From a virus, in the IMG/VR virus record IMGVR_UViG_3300023184_000083, positions 1 to 64,000 of that record: a stretch of DNA of 64,000 bases; one strand, written 5' to 3'. The translations under genes and the position numbers were made by a program. Each line of letters begins with the position of its first letter. The first letter of the stretch is position 1. Positions 1 through 10,390 of this stretch are shown in pieces. The notes under the pieces are model-generated. The model was not told where the DNA came from, searched no databases, and was given only the letters and a program-made list of their open reading frames with translations.

Positions 1-233
1 GTGGAGCAGGCGGTGCAGGCGGTGCAGGTGGAGCAGGCGGTTCAGGCGGAGCAGGTGGAAGTAGTTCTGGTTCAAGCGGTAAACGCGGCGGCGCAGGTGG
101 CGGTGGCGCTATCCTTGTCGTTACCGATTCTATTGCTGGTACTATTACTTACGATACTCGTGCAGGATTAACTGCAGATTCAGATAACTACTCGGCATCA
201 TCTGGTGCCGCATATGTTCTCATTAATACATAG
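1..233 (+). CDS. 3' end of a Gly-rich (GGA-repeat) tail fibre-like protein, 5'-truncated by the window edge
   Basis: Frame from nt 3 reads GAGGAGGAGG...GGAGGGGAILVVTDS...YVLINT to TAG at 231-233. Confidence 0.6.
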   Translation, partial: GAGGAGGAGGAGGSGGAGGSSSGSSGKRGGAGGGGAILVVTDSIAGTITYDTRAGLTADSDNYSASSGAAYVLINT

Positions 234-242
234 GAGAAAATA

Positions 243-473
243 ATGGACCTTGGTCTTACAAATGAACAAAAAACAGCGGCTCTTCGGGGTCAAAAAGTTG
301 GCATACAAGGAGAAGTTTATAACTTGCTTGTACGCATGAACGTTGACCCAGACGATTTTGACCCAACCGCACCATTGGCTTCAAACGATTCATTTGTTGG
401 TGAACTAACACGGCTTTCATACTTGCTTGAGTCGTTGAATCTTATTGAAAGTAAATTAGCCGAACTATCGTGA
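243..473 (+). CDS. Hypothetical protein, paralogue of 10391..10672
   Basis: SD GGAG upstream. Shares KTAAL...DPDxxD with the 10391 ORF. Confidence 0.7.
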   Translation: MDLGLTNEQKTAALRGQKVGIQGEVYNLLVRMNVDPDDFDPTAPLASNDSFVGELTRLSYLLESLNLIESKLAELS

Positions 474-889
474 AGCGATTTGTCTATGTCCCCGTTGACT
501 CATTAGTAAACGGCGATATTCCAAAAGAAGCATTAGATTTATCTCTAGAATCAACACTCAGCATTAGAATGCAAGAGCCTAATGATGGGATAAATAGAAA
601 AGAAATACACATTGCTTCTTTTCCAGAAAAGAATATTATTCAATGTAGGCAGACAGTAAAACTAGGGTTTATACATTCAATTGATTTAACCAACGATTTT
701 GTAGATTTTGACAAAAGTGCTGTTTTAAAAATAAAAAATGCGGACTTGAGCGAGCAAATAATTCAACCAAGTCTAAGAGAAAAGCATGTATTAAAATTTA
801 GGTCCAGGTTTGATTCTTTAGGCAAAAAGTTATATTTGATTGAAAATGACACTAAAGTAATTTATTCAGGAGTAATAGAAGTTATATGA
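470..889 (+). CDS. Hypothetical protein
   Basis: 139-aa ORF with 4-nt overlaps to both neighbours. Confidence 0.65.
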   Translation: MKRFVYVPVDSLVNGDIPKEALDLSLESTLSIRMQEPNDGINRKEIHIASFPEKNIIQCRQTVKLGFIHSIDLTNDFVDFDKSAVLKIKNADLSEQIIQPSLREKHVLKFRSRFDSLGKKLYLIENDTKVIYSGVIEVI

Positions 890-1470
890 AAATTAAAAAA
901 TTAGCAACATGTGTTTCTCTTTACGAAGATGTATTTAACCCTGAAGACGCAGAGTATTTTTTACAAAAACTAGAAGAAGATATAAAAGATGAGTGGAATG
1001 ATTTAACTTGGTCAAATTCTGGTGTAGGCAACCAAGGAACCGTAACTGACTATAGGACATCATTATCATGCTCTCTTATTCCCCTAATGAAGCCATATCC
1101 TCCAACGGAACTATCTGAATTTTTTAATCTTAATATTCGCGAGCATGTAGATGCCGTAGTAGAGGATTACCGCAATGAGAATATGCTTCCCAACGCTTTT
1201 CAAGAACCGTTTGGCGTATTAAAATATCTACCAGAGTCAGAGTATCATGCGCACTACGACCACTTTAGAGATAATGCAAGGGTTTTTAGTATGGTTGGAA
1301 CATTGAAAGAACCTGAAGAAGGTGGAGAATTAGAGTTCCCTACGATAGGATTAACAGTTCCACCCAAAGTGGGTTCAGTTATTTTGTTTCCATCTAACTT
1401 TCCCTATATCCATATTGCTCACCCCGTATCTAAGGGAATTAAATTTTCTATGGTGACATGGTACTCATAA
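886..1470 (+). CDS. 2OG-Fe(II) oxygenase (prolyl-4-hydroxylase-like)
   Basis: HxD (HYD)...EGGELEF...G.VILFPS...H.V motif set. Confidence 0.9.
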   Translation: MKIKKLATCVSLYEDVFNPEDAEYFLQKLEEDIKDEWNDLTWSNSGVGNQGTVTDYRTSLSCSLIPLMKPYPPTELSEFFNLNIREHVDAVVEDYRNENMLPNAFQEPFGVLKYLPESEYHAHYDHFRDNARVFSMVGTLKEPEEGGELEFPTIGLTVPPKVGSVILFPSNFPYIHIAHPVSKGIKFSMVTWYS

Positions 1471-1489
1471 GAAGGATAGACTATTCAGC

Positions 1490-3028
1490 ATGCAAACAGA
1501 TAAAGACTTAATTGAATTTCGTCAAGTTAAATCACAAAAACCAATATCGTTTGGGATTGTTGGTTCAGGAACAGCAGGGCTTATTGCTGCTCTTATTTTA
1601 AGAAAAGCATTTCCTCATTCTGACATTACTGTTATTTCATCTTCGCAAATAGGAATTATTGGCGTTGGAGAGGGAAGTACTGAGCATTGGAAACAATTTA
1701 TGGACCTATGCGATGTTCCTTTGGAAGAAATGCTTGTAGCAACTGCCGCTACACATAAATACGGTATCCGTTATGAAAACTGGACAACACATACACCAGA
1801 TTACTTTCATAGCGTTGGACAACCAGATGATATTTATGCCTTTGGTCTTTTTGCTTCATACATGGGCTGGGTTGAACAAGGAAAATTGTTTACTACGCAA
1901 ACATCTAGCGTGGGCCTCGTAAGAGACAAAATCAGGCGTGAGCACATGCATAAGGGAACTAATCAATTTCATTTTGATACAAACAAACTTAACGAATATT
2001 TTATGTCTCTAGCATTTAATAGAACAGTCAAGTTTGTTGACGGAATTGTAGAAACAATAGGAATAAACTCCGAGAACGGAATTATAGAATCTGTAACTAC
2101 CAAAGCGGAAGATATTATTGTTGCAGACTTCTGGTTTGATGCAAGCGGTTTTAATCGGGTATTAATGAATAAACTGGATGCCAATGATTGGGTATCCTTT
2201 GATAATCACCTATTGTGTGATACTGCCATTCCCTTCCCTACCGAATCAGACCCAAATGGCAAAATTCACGGATACACCCGTGCTCGGGCTGCATCTGCTG
2301 GATGGATTTGGGAAATACCAACACAAGAGCGACGTGGCAATGGTTATGTTTTTTCTTCTCAATTCATTAGTCAAGATGAAGCAGTTCATGAAGCAGAAGA
2401 AATGTCTGGATACAAGATTGATAATCCGCGTGTAATTAAATTTGATGCTGGATATTTAAAAAATGTTTGGGTAAAAAACTGCTGCGCCATTGGATTGGCT
2501 TCAGCATTTGTTGAGCCTTTAGAGGCAACGAGCATTGGTTCAACAATCCAACAGATAAAACAAATTGTTCCCTATATCGCGTCATATCAACCATCCAATA
2601 CTGCATCACAAAAGCATTTTAATAATGGATTTACCAAGGTAATGCGCAATATTTTAACAATGATTCGTCTTCATTATTATTCAGATAGGCAAGACACTCC
2701 TTTTTGGAAGGCAATGTCAAACATGCCGCTGAATGAAGAACTTCAGGACCTAATTGAACTTTGGTCTGAGCGGCCTCCTTCCCGTTATGACTTTGAAGGT
2801 AATTCAGGTGAATTATTTCTAACACCTCACCTTGCCCATGTTGGACAAGGACAAGGAATTATTAATCCTAAAGCATGCACTCAGGCATTAGATTCTCTTG
2901 TTATTCGTGAATCAGTATTTAAAGAAATTGATACATATAGACATAACCGTCATGCTGGCGAACTTGTTGACCACGCAGCAGCATTGCGAGAGATTTCGCA
3001 AATTGACAATGAATGGATAGCAAGATGA
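1490..3028 (+). CDS. Tryptophan halogenase-like flavin-dependent enzyme (PrnA/RebH family)
   Basis: GSGTAG FAD motif, IGVGEGS, WIWEIP (WxWxIP), FVEPLEATS. Confidence 0.9.
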   Translation: MQTDKDLIEFRQVKSQKPISFGIVGSGTAGLIAALILRKAFPHSDITVISSSQIGIIGVGEGSTEHWKQFMDLCDVPLEEMLVATAATHKYGIRYENWTTHTPDYFHSVGQPDDIYAFGLFASYMGWVEQGKLFTTQTSSVGLVRDKIRREHMHKGTNQFHFDTNKLNEYFMSLAFNRTVKFVDGIVETIGINSENGIIESVTTKAEDIIVADFWFDASGFNRVLMNKLDANDWVSFDNHLLCDTAIPFPTESDPNGKIHGYTRARAASAGWIWEIPTQERRGNGYVFSSQFISQDEAVHEAEEMSGYKIDNPRVIKFDAGYLKNVWVKNCCAIGLASAFVEPLEATSIGSTIQQIKQIVPYIASYQPSNTASQKHFNNGFTKVMRNILTMIRLHYYSDRQDTPFWKAMSNMPLNEELQDLIELWSERPPSRYDFEGNSGELFLTPHLAHVGQGQGIINPKACTQALDSLVIRESVFKEIDTYRHNRHAGELVDHAAALREISQIDNEWIAR

Positions 3029-3807
3029 AAAAATTACCAAAAGTAAAACCGGGTAATATAAGGTTCACGCCGTCAGATAATAGGCTAATGGAATCTCCCC
3101 CATTCGTAAATGCCATCACAAATCCTCCAACATGGTTTCAGCGCATTAAAAAAGGTGAAGGCTCTCTTCGCAAGTGCGCTGGAACTATAGATTTGCTGGC
3201 TGCTGGTGTGACATTACCAATGTGGACAAACTATCGTTTTCGCCCAAACCCGCAAGGTGGGTGGGAAACTGGTGGAGATGATTTTAGTCCACAGGCTGGT
3301 GTAAATGCTGTTATGGGGTTTAATTTTGACTCAACTGGTCAATGCCCAATGACGGACATCAGAAAAATTGAAAATGGACAATATCCAAAGATTGTAAATC
3401 CTTGGCGCTTTGAGACTGCACCAGGTTGGTCAACTCTTCTCTTGCCCATGTATTGGGAACCCAATGAAAACTACTCAGTAATTCCAGCAATTGTTCATAC
3501 AGATTTTTATCACCTGGCTAATATTGTTTTAAATATTACTGGTGATTCTCCTTTTACAATTAAATATGGAACCCCAATTGCGCAGTTTATTCCTTTTAAA
3601 CGTGATTCTGACTTTACCGAAATTGAATTTAATGACGAGTCGCACTTTAAGTATGTTGCTAGTACTGGGTTTGGAATGGGCCATGTTGCTCCACACGATG
3701 GAACGGCAGGACCCTATCGCCGCCACAAATTGGTAGTAGATAAAGCATTGCAGGACTCCATTATTCCTAGTACCAGTTTTATTAAAAAAATTATTAATAG
3801 AAGATAA
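3013..3807 (+). CDS. Conserved hypothetical phage protein of the type often found in halogenase/oxygenase clusters
   Basis: KIVNPW...TAPGWS...VHTD...GTPIAQFIPFKR pattern. Confidence 0.6.
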   Translation: MDSKMKKLPKVKPGNIRFTPSDNRLMESPPFVNAITNPPTWFQRIKKGEGSLRKCAGTIDLLAAGVTLPMWTNYRFRPNPQGGWETGGDDFSPQAGVNAVMGFNFDSTGQCPMTDIRKIENGQYPKIVNPWRFETAPGWSTLLLPMYWEPNENYSVIPAIVHTDFYHLANIVLNITGDSPFTIKYGTPIAQFIPFKRDSDFTEIEFNDESHFKYVASTGFGMGHVAPHDGTAGPYRRHKLVVDKALQDSIIPSTSFIKKIINRR

Positions 3808-3809
3808 AA

Positions 3810-4925
3810 ATGAACAATACATCAGAAATAAATCCATCTTTATACGGTTGTTACTATGTTTATGAATCACTATACGACTTTAAACTTTATTTGAGATATC
3901 CAGATGGTGACATTGAATATACCGAATATGATTCATTTATTGCAGATGATAAAACAATCATTGCTTTTAAAGACTTTAATGTATCAAAAGTTGACTACAA
4001 CTATGTTTTGATTTCTAATCAAAAAGAATCAATCATCCAGTGGTCATGCTATGAGTTTGTTTATGACCAACTTCATCAAGATTCAATTGACCCTTCTGAT
4101 GCATATTGTATTTTAAACTCTGTTTCTATGCCAAATTTAATGGCTACAAACTATGACCCTCTTTTATCTTATGAATCACGCTGCGACACCAATACATACG
4201 GCGTCACACCATACGCATTAACTGATGGGCAAAAACCAGCGCCCGTTGACAGTGAAAAATTTAACGGCCAAACAATAAAGTCAATAGTTCCATTCATAAA
4301 TGTTTGCGGTGCTTCACATATTGAGTATTTTAAGGTAGACGGGCTTGGTTCTTCTTATAAAGATTGGCCCGCCGTATCTGGTGTTGCAAAAACTTTAATG
4401 GGGGCAATGAAACTTATTATTGAGTGGGCTTCTCTTAACAATGAACCTTTTAATATTAATGATGAGATTGTTGTTGACTCTAAGAATTTTATGGAGTCAT
4501 TAGAACTTGGACAAGATATTGTTAATGAAATTAATGAACATCAAGAAGATATGCCCGTATACAGATATCTTAAAAATGTAAACAACGCTCGGACGGACTT
4601 TGATGAGACAACAACAGTCGGCCCGTTATTGTTTGCGTGGCTTTGTAAAAAATTACGGTATGTTTCATTGAATGCTTTAGTCGCTAATCACCCAGAAAAT
4701 ATAAATATTGATTCAGAAGTTTTGGCAACAGAAAAAACAATAATAGAAACTGTAATTTATGAAGTATGCGAAAAACTAGAGTTAAATAGCAAAAACTTGA
4801 CAGCAAAAGAAGTAATTCAATTTGTTAATAATCAATCTGACCCTTCTTTGCCACAACCGAGCCTTAGATACTCGGAACAAATTAAAGCAAAAAAGGCTCT
4901 TCTTGCTTACATAGCGTACAACTAG
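3810..4925 (+). CDS. Hypothetical protein, paralogue of 9680..10390
   Basis: Shared RCD...KTL...EW...EPFN...DM...(Y/F)LK blocks. Confidence 0.75.
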   Translation: MNNTSEINPSLYGCYYVYESLYDFKLYLRYPDGDIEYTEYDSFIADDKTIIAFKDFNVSKVDYNYVLISNQKESIIQWSCYEFVYDQLHQDSIDPSDAYCILNSVSMPNLMATNYDPLLSYESRCDTNTYGVTPYALTDGQKPAPVDSEKFNGQTIKSIVPFINVCGASHIEYFKVDGLGSSYKDWPAVSGVAKTLMGAMKLIIEWASLNNEPFNINDEIVVDSKNFMESLELGQDIVNEINEHQEDMPVYRYLKNVNNARTDFDETTTVGPLLFAWLCKKLRYVSLNALVANHPENINIDSEVLATEKTIIETVIYEVCEKLELNSKNLTAKEVIQFVNNQSDPSLPQPSLRYSEQIKAKKALLAYIAYN

Positions 4926-4926
4926 T

Positions 4927-5139
4927 ATGTTTGAAGAATATATGGGTAAAACAGATAATTTAACCCTTCCAAATACGCTTAAAGAGTGGGAAGCATTTCA
5001 TTGGAAACTTCATTTTCTTGGTGGAGCATCTATACGATTTGTTCATCATTTACTAGCAAATGAAAAGAAAGCACGGAGAGATGCTGAAAAAAGTAATTCA
5101 AGCAACGAAGACAATGTCTCACAAGGGGTATTGGACTAA
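4927..5139 (+). CDS. Hypothetical protein
   Basis: 70-aa ORF directly following the previous gene. Confidence 0.5.
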   Translation: MFEEYMGKTDNLTLPNTLKEWEAFHWKLHFLGGASIRFVHHLLANEKKARRDAEKSNSSNEDNVSQGVLD

Positions 5140-5365
5140 ACCAAACATCGTAGAGGCGTGGGGATTTGCCACCAAAATCGCTATCATCTTTCCCGGTTTG
5201 CTTTTGGGCTACCAGTGGTGGTGGGTTTACATCTTCGCTATCGCCTCAAGCATTGCTCTCATTTGGTCATCTACTGAAAAGACGCTCCCCACAATCATTC
5301 TCTTCAATATGGCTTGGGTGATTCTGGCTAGTCTTTCAATCATTAAGCACTTCTGGTGGTTTTAG
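5114..5365 (+). CDS. Small multi-pass membrane protein
   Basis: Three hydrophobic segments. Start placed at ATG 5114. Confidence 0.6.
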   Translation: MSHKGYWTKPNIVEAWGFATKIAIIFPGLLLGYQWWWVYIFAIASSIALIWSSTEKTLPTIILFNMAWVILASLSIIKHFWWF

Positions 5366-5392
5366 TCCTTTTTGGGTTTAGAATAAATTTAT

Positions 5393-6145
5393 ATGCTTCC
5401 TAACACGCTTATAGTTCAATGCAGGGGGAATCAGTTCCTCATCTTTGATAAGCCTGACGTTATTAGCGACGGACTTAGGTCAGGTGTTGGTCACGATACA
5501 TGGCTTGAATATTATTCAACAATCTTGGTTGGAGATAACAAGGACGGGGTAATTCTAGATATCGGAAGCAATGTCGGAACCTATATTGTTCCTTTGGCTA
5601 AACGATTCCCCGGTATTGAGTTCTACGGTTTTGAACCACAGAGGATAGTTTTCTATCAGTTGTGCGCCAATGTTGTTTTGAACGGCTTAGAGAATGTTTA
5701 TTTAACCAACAAAGGTCTCGGGGAGACTGCAACCGAGATTGAAATATTTACCCCTGATTATTCGGTTGAAGTAAATATCGGCGCATTCAGTCTTGATGCT
5801 GGAGTCCACGAAAACAATAATCAGTGCGCTAGTCAGGGCAGGCTAGAAAAGATACAGATTGACCGACTGGACGATTACGGATTCCAGAACATCAGACTCA
5901 TCAAGATAGATGTTGAAGGTCTTGAGTTGGCCGTCATTAAGGGCGGTCTAGAAACCCTCAAGGCAAACAACTATCCACCCATTATTTTTGAGACTTGGAG
6001 CATTATGGACTGGTACCAAGAACGGCGTAAGGAAATTCTTACCTATGTTGAATCGCTTGGGTACAGCATCACCTCAATTGCCGACAACTGCATTGCGCAA
6101 CACACAAGCAAAAAAGTCATTCAGTGGGCCAAAACCAATCAATAG
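5393..6145 (+). CDS. FkbM-family SAM-dependent methyltransferase
   Basis: LDIGSNVG, FEPQ, IKIDVEGLE motifs. Confidence 0.92.
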   Translation: MLPNTLIVQCRGNQFLIFDKPDVISDGLRSGVGHDTWLEYYSTILVGDNKDGVILDIGSNVGTYIVPLAKRFPGIEFYGFEPQRIVFYQLCANVVLNGLENVYLTNKGLGETATEIEIFTPDYSVEVNIGAFSLDAGVHENNNQCASQGRLEKIQIDRLDDYGFQNIRLIKIDVEGLELAVIKGGLETLKANNYPPIIFETWSIMDWYQERRKEILTYVESLGYSITSIADNCIAQHTSKKVIQWAKTNQ

Positions 6146-6163
6146 CCCTGATAGTATTCCAGC

Positions 6164-7225
6164 ATGAGATTTCATGTTGTAGGTCTTCCTCACGCAAATA
6201 CAACCCTAGATTTCACCGCTTGCGCTTTTACTGAAAATGTTCGTAAATTTGCAATAATGATGAAATCCCTCAATCATGAGGTTTTTCTTTATGGTGGGGA
6301 ATTTACTGACGCTCCCTGTGATGAGAACATCATGTGCATCTCAGAACAAGAGCGCCTTGACTCCCTAGAAGGCAAGCATTACTCCCTTGCTTCTTTTGAT
6401 TACGCCCTACCTCATTGGGTAAAGTTCAACAACACCGCTATTGAAGAAATGGCTAAGCGAATTCAGCCTAAAGACTTCATTTGTGTAATTGGTGGACGAG
6501 CACACAAGGTAATCGCTGACGCATTCCCAGAGAACATGACTGTGGAGTTTGAGGTTGGATATGGCGGAACTTTTGCCAAGTACAAGGTATTTGAATCCTA
6601 TGCATGGATGCATGTTGTTTATGGGGCAGCGGCTGGCAATCCCAACGACGTAGACGGTCAGTTTTATGACGATGTAATTCCAGGCCATGTAGACATAAAG
6701 GACTTCCCTTTTAGAGAGACACCCGATGACTACTATCTCTTCATAGGACGGCTTATTGACCGTAAGGGCTATCAGGTGGCCGTAGATGTCTGTAGACACC
6801 TAGGAAAGCGTCTCATAGTGGCTGGACAAGGAACTGTGCCCGATTACGGCGAGTACGTAGGAGTCGTTGGAACAGAAGAGCGAGCCAGACTGATGGGTGG
6901 CGCAATCGCATCATTTGTCCCAACTATTTACACAGAGCCATTTGGGTTGGTCGTAGCCGAAGCGATGGCGTGTGGAACTCCTGTAATCACGACAGACTGG
7001 GGCGCTTTTCCTGAAAACGTAATCCAGGGAGTAAATGGTTTTCGTTGCCGCACATTGCAACAATTTATTGATGCCGCACGAGATGCTCCGAACCTTGACC
7101 GCAAAGCAATTAGAGAGTACGCAGTTGAACGTTTTGGATTAGATGCAAACGCTTTACTATACGACAAGTACTTCAAGCGTCTTTTGACTCTTTGGGGCAA
7201 AGGTTTTTACGAACTTTCTAACTAA
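6164..7225 (+). CDS. Glycosyltransferase family 4 (GT-B)
   Basis: GRL..RKG and EPFGLVVAEAMACGTPVI (Ex7E) motifs. Confidence 0.92.
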   Translation: MRFHVVGLPHANTTLDFTACAFTENVRKFAIMMKSLNHEVFLYGGEFTDAPCDENIMCISEQERLDSLEGKHYSLASFDYALPHWVKFNNTAIEEMAKRIQPKDFICVIGGRAHKVIADAFPENMTVEFEVGYGGTFAKYKVFESYAWMHVVYGAAAGNPNDVDGQFYDDVIPGHVDIKDFPFRETPDDYYLFIGRLIDRKGYQVAVDVCRHLGKRLIVAGQGTVPDYGEYVGVVGTEERARLMGGAIASFVPTIYTEPFGLVVAEAMACGTPVITTDWGAFPENVIQGVNGFRCRTLQQFIDAARDAPNLDRKAIREYAVERFGLDANALLYDKYFKRLLTLWGKGFYELSN

Positions 7226-7299
7226 TCCTTTACAGTGCAATACCCACAAGCACAGTAAAATTACTTAGTAAATGTATCTTTCTATTATAAGAGGTTGTC

Positions 7300-8229
7300 A
7301 TGGCCGGACTCGGCGTTAAAAATTTCAGTGCAGGCGACATCCTCACAGCAGCCGATGTAAATGGCTACTTCATGGCCCAATCAGTTGGACACTATGACGA
7401 CGCAGTAGCAAGAAGCGCCTTCTTTGGAGCAAACCCAGCCCTTCTTTTTGAAGGACGCTTGACGTACCTCAGAGATACGAACTCTATTTGGATTTATGAC
7501 GGAGCCAACTGGAACGAACAAACGGCAATCATTGCTGATGGCAGCATAACCGCAACCAAACTTGGCACTGGCGCTGTAACCGCAACCAAAATTGGAACTG
7601 GTGCTGTAACTGAAAACAAAATTGGCACAGAGGCTGTCACTTCAGACAAGATTAAAAACTTAACTATTGTTGATGGTGACATTAGTGCGTCTGCTTCTAT
7701 TGCTCTAAGCAAACTAGCAACCGGTGCATTGCCTTCTGGAATCACTGTTGCTTCTACAAACATCACAAACCTTACGCTCAAGACAGAAGATATTGAAGAC
7801 GGCGCTGTAAGTTCTGACAAACTTGGAAGTAACTTATCGCTCACGGGCACAACAAAAATTGAAGAAATATTTGAAAAAGCGAGCATATCCAACGCATCGC
7901 TTAGTTCACCACTGACAGTTGCAATCACTGACGGCGCTGTTTACTATTACACCGCTTCCACAACAACCAACATTACGTTAGACATAACAACAACAGGAAT
8001 GGCCGACCAAAGTGCTGTAACTGTTTTGGTGGCTATCACTTCAGGGTCTGCCGCTGGAAAAATATCTCTCATAAAAGTAAACAATGCCACACCTTTTGCT
8101 ATTAAATGGTTTGGTGGAAACGCTTATCCTGCTGGCTCAAGTTCTGGAGCGGTAGACGCGTACACGGTTACGGTATTTAGAAATGGTGCTCAGTACACGG
8201 TATTCGCTAGCCAGTCAAAGTTTGCATAA
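7300..8229 (+). CDS. Tail fibre / minor tail protein
   Basis: N-terminal FSAGDILTAADVN. 10-aa repeats (GAVTATKIGT). C-terminal beta domain (W.GG..P...VDAY). Confidence 0.7.
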   Translation: MAGLGVKNFSAGDILTAADVNGYFMAQSVGHYDDAVARSAFFGANPALLFEGRLTYLRDTNSIWIYDGANWNEQTAIIADGSITATKLGTGAVTATKIGTGAVTENKIGTEAVTSDKIKNLTIVDGDISASASIALSKLATGALPSGITVASTNITNLTLKTEDIEDGAVSSDKLGSNLSLTGTTKIEEIFEKASISNASLSSPLTVAITDGAVYYYTASTTTNITLDITTTGMADQSAVTVLVAITSGSAAGKISLIKVNNATPFAIKWFGGNAYPAGSSSGAVDAYTVTVFRNGAQYTVFASQSKFA

Positions 8230-9683
8230 TGCCATTTCTTGCTGGAAGAGGTCAGTCCTCTAGAGGTTATTTTGGAGGAGGAACGACGCCTGACGCACCG
8301 ACTTCTCTTGTGTCCACAAAAGGCAACGGACAAATATCTGTAGCGTTTTCTGCTCCAGCCTTTAATGGTGGACTAGAAATAACAACCTACCAGTACGCCC
8401 TTTCTACAGACTCGTACGCAACATGGACAACTCGGGCTACAGGGACTACTGCTTCTCCTTTAGTTATAACTGGCTTATCAAACGGAACTTCTTACGGAGT
8501 TAAACTAAGAGCAGTGAACGCTCTTGGTGCTGGAACTGCATCAAGCGCCGCAACCGCAGTAACACCTTCTACTGTTCCAAATGCGCCGACAGGTGTTTCT
8601 GGGACAGCAAACGGAGTGACATCATCAACCGTGTCATGGACTGCCCCAGCAAATACAGGTTCTCCGCTTCCAGATGGAGGCTCAGCGATAACTGGTTATA
8701 ACGTTGCATACGCTCCATCGCCTTATACAGATTATGTAGTTTTTAATGCTGACACCGGAAATACTAATACTTCAATATTGGTAACTGGATTAACCAACGG
8801 TGGGTCGTACAAGTTTAAAATTACAGCAAAGAATGAAAACGGTTATGGTGACACAGCGGGTGAATCCGGAGTCGTAGTTACAAACATTGTTCCTGCCGCT
8901 CCAACCATAGGAGCCATGACTCATGGTACCGAGGACAGTGTCACCGAGGACACACTGGCATGGACCGCTCCTACAGCAAATGGTGGTAGCGCAATTACTG
9001 GATACGTTTATCAGACAACAACTAATGATGGTTCTACTTTTGCAGGTGCTGTGTCAACAGGCTCTACTGCCGTTTATAAAACTTTTGACCCTGGCTATAC
9101 AAGTACCACAACTAAAGTAAGAGTAGCAGCGGTTAACAGTCTTGGTACTGGTCCGTACAGCGAAATATCGGCGGTCGGTTATGGCGGTTGGACGTCTCAG
9201 TCTGGCGCTGTTCCTTGTTCTTGTGCTAACGATACGGCTTGCCCTTGTTCGTGTGGTACTGCCACGTATAGCGGAGATACGAGTTCTAAAACTTGCTACA
9301 GGTGGACAAGAGACAATTTTACAACTGGCTACAGTTACAATTCAAACAGCACGGATGCATGTACTGCTGCTTGTTCGGCATGTACGGGTGGGTCCTGTTC
9401 GGGTTGTTCTGGTTCATGGACCCCTACCACATATACTAATTCGTTTGTTTACGACGGGAATACGTACACTAAATTTGCAGAAACCAACAGTGCAGGAAAT
9501 GGAACAGGAAATTTCTATTACTACATAAGTCAAGCAGTAGACCAGTACTTTGGATGTGGATGTTATGAACATATCTCATATACCGCAGAGTATTGCTACG
9601 TTGATGACAAGTACAGGGCTACCTATACAGGCGGGTGTAAATACTACAGAAGCACTAGTTCTTGCGGCGGCGGCGGCAGTTAG
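8229..9683 (+). CDS. Fibronectin type III repeat virion protein with Cys-rich C-terminus
   Basis: Three FN3 units (P.AP...GG..IT.Y...A.N..G) followed by a Cys-dense tail. Confidence 0.8.
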   Translation: MPFLAGRGQSSRGYFGGGTTPDAPTSLVSTKGNGQISVAFSAPAFNGGLEITTYQYALSTDSYATWTTRATGTTASPLVITGLSNGTSYGVKLRAVNALGAGTASSAATAVTPSTVPNAPTGVSGTANGVTSSTVSWTAPANTGSPLPDGGSAITGYNVAYAPSPYTDYVVFNADTGNTNTSILVTGLTNGGSYKFKITAKNENGYGDTAGESGVVVTNIVPAAPTIGAMTHGTEDSVTEDTLAWTAPTANGGSAITGYVYQTTTNDGSTFAGAVSTGSTAVYKTFDPGYTSTTTKVRVAAVNSLGTGPYSEISAVGYGGWTSQSGAVPCSCANDTACPCSCGTATYSGDTSSKTCYRWTRDNFTTGYSYNSNSTDACTAACSACTGGSCSGCSGSWTPTTYTNSFVYDGNTYTKFAETNSAGNGTGNFYYYISQAVDQYFGCGCYEHISYTAEYCYVDDKYRATYTGGCKYYRSTSSCGGGGS

Positions 9684-10390
9684 ATTTGTAATTCCATTAA
9701 TCTGTCATTTGTAGACTTAAATGGATTTTCTAGTAATTTCTCTTTAATCCAATTTTTTATTTCATCAGACATTTGTGGTAATTCAATTTGACTATTTCTA
9801 TGGTCTTCGTCACCTTTTAGAAACCTAGCAAGATGCATGTCGGGGAAAGCGTCAAGTTCGTCAAACACCCATTGTGGAGTTTCTAGTTTATCAAAAGCAA
9901 GTTTTGAGTAAATTGCCATCGGATGGTCCGAGTTAAATGGTTCCTCCAACATGAACGTCCATTCTCTCATGTTCTTTAAAAGTTCTATTAAGGTTTTACC
10001 AAACCACAATATGGATGGAGAATTACTATGATGAATATCTGGAGCATATTCATATTCGCCACCATCTGTATTCTTGTGTACAAACTTTAAATATGTAAAA
10101 CAAAAATATGGAGTAAAATCTAAAATGACAGCCCAATCATAGACACTGCTAATCCCTAGGCTAAAATCATCCCACTTAGATTTGGACCCAACATAAATGC
10201 CTTCATCCTCATAGGGGGTTCCGTGAACCGGAAGGTCAACATTGTAAGACAGGTTGTCGCATCTGTACGTTCTTGGCACGTTCTTGCCGTCAACTATAAA
10301 CATAGATTTATGAAGTATGAATACGCCTTCATTGGCAGGCAATGTTGGGCGAAGCACTAAACTTTCGGGGAGATAATTGTATTCTGTCAT
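9680..10390 (-). CDS. Hypothetical protein, paralogue of the C-terminal part of 3810..4925
   Basis: Sequence similarity by eye. Confidence 0.7.
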   Translation of the reverse strand: MTEYNYLPESLVLRPTLPANEGVFILHKSMFIVDGKNVPRTYRCDNLSYNVDLPVHGTPYEDEGIYVGSKSKWDDFSLGISSVYDWAVILDFTPYFCFTYLKFVHKNTDGGEYEYAPDIHHSNSPSILWFGKTLIELLKNMREWTFMLEEPFNSDHPMAIYSKLAFDKLETPQWVFDELDAFPDMHLARFLKGDEDHRNSQIELPQMSDEIKNWIKEKLLENPFKSTNDRLMELQI

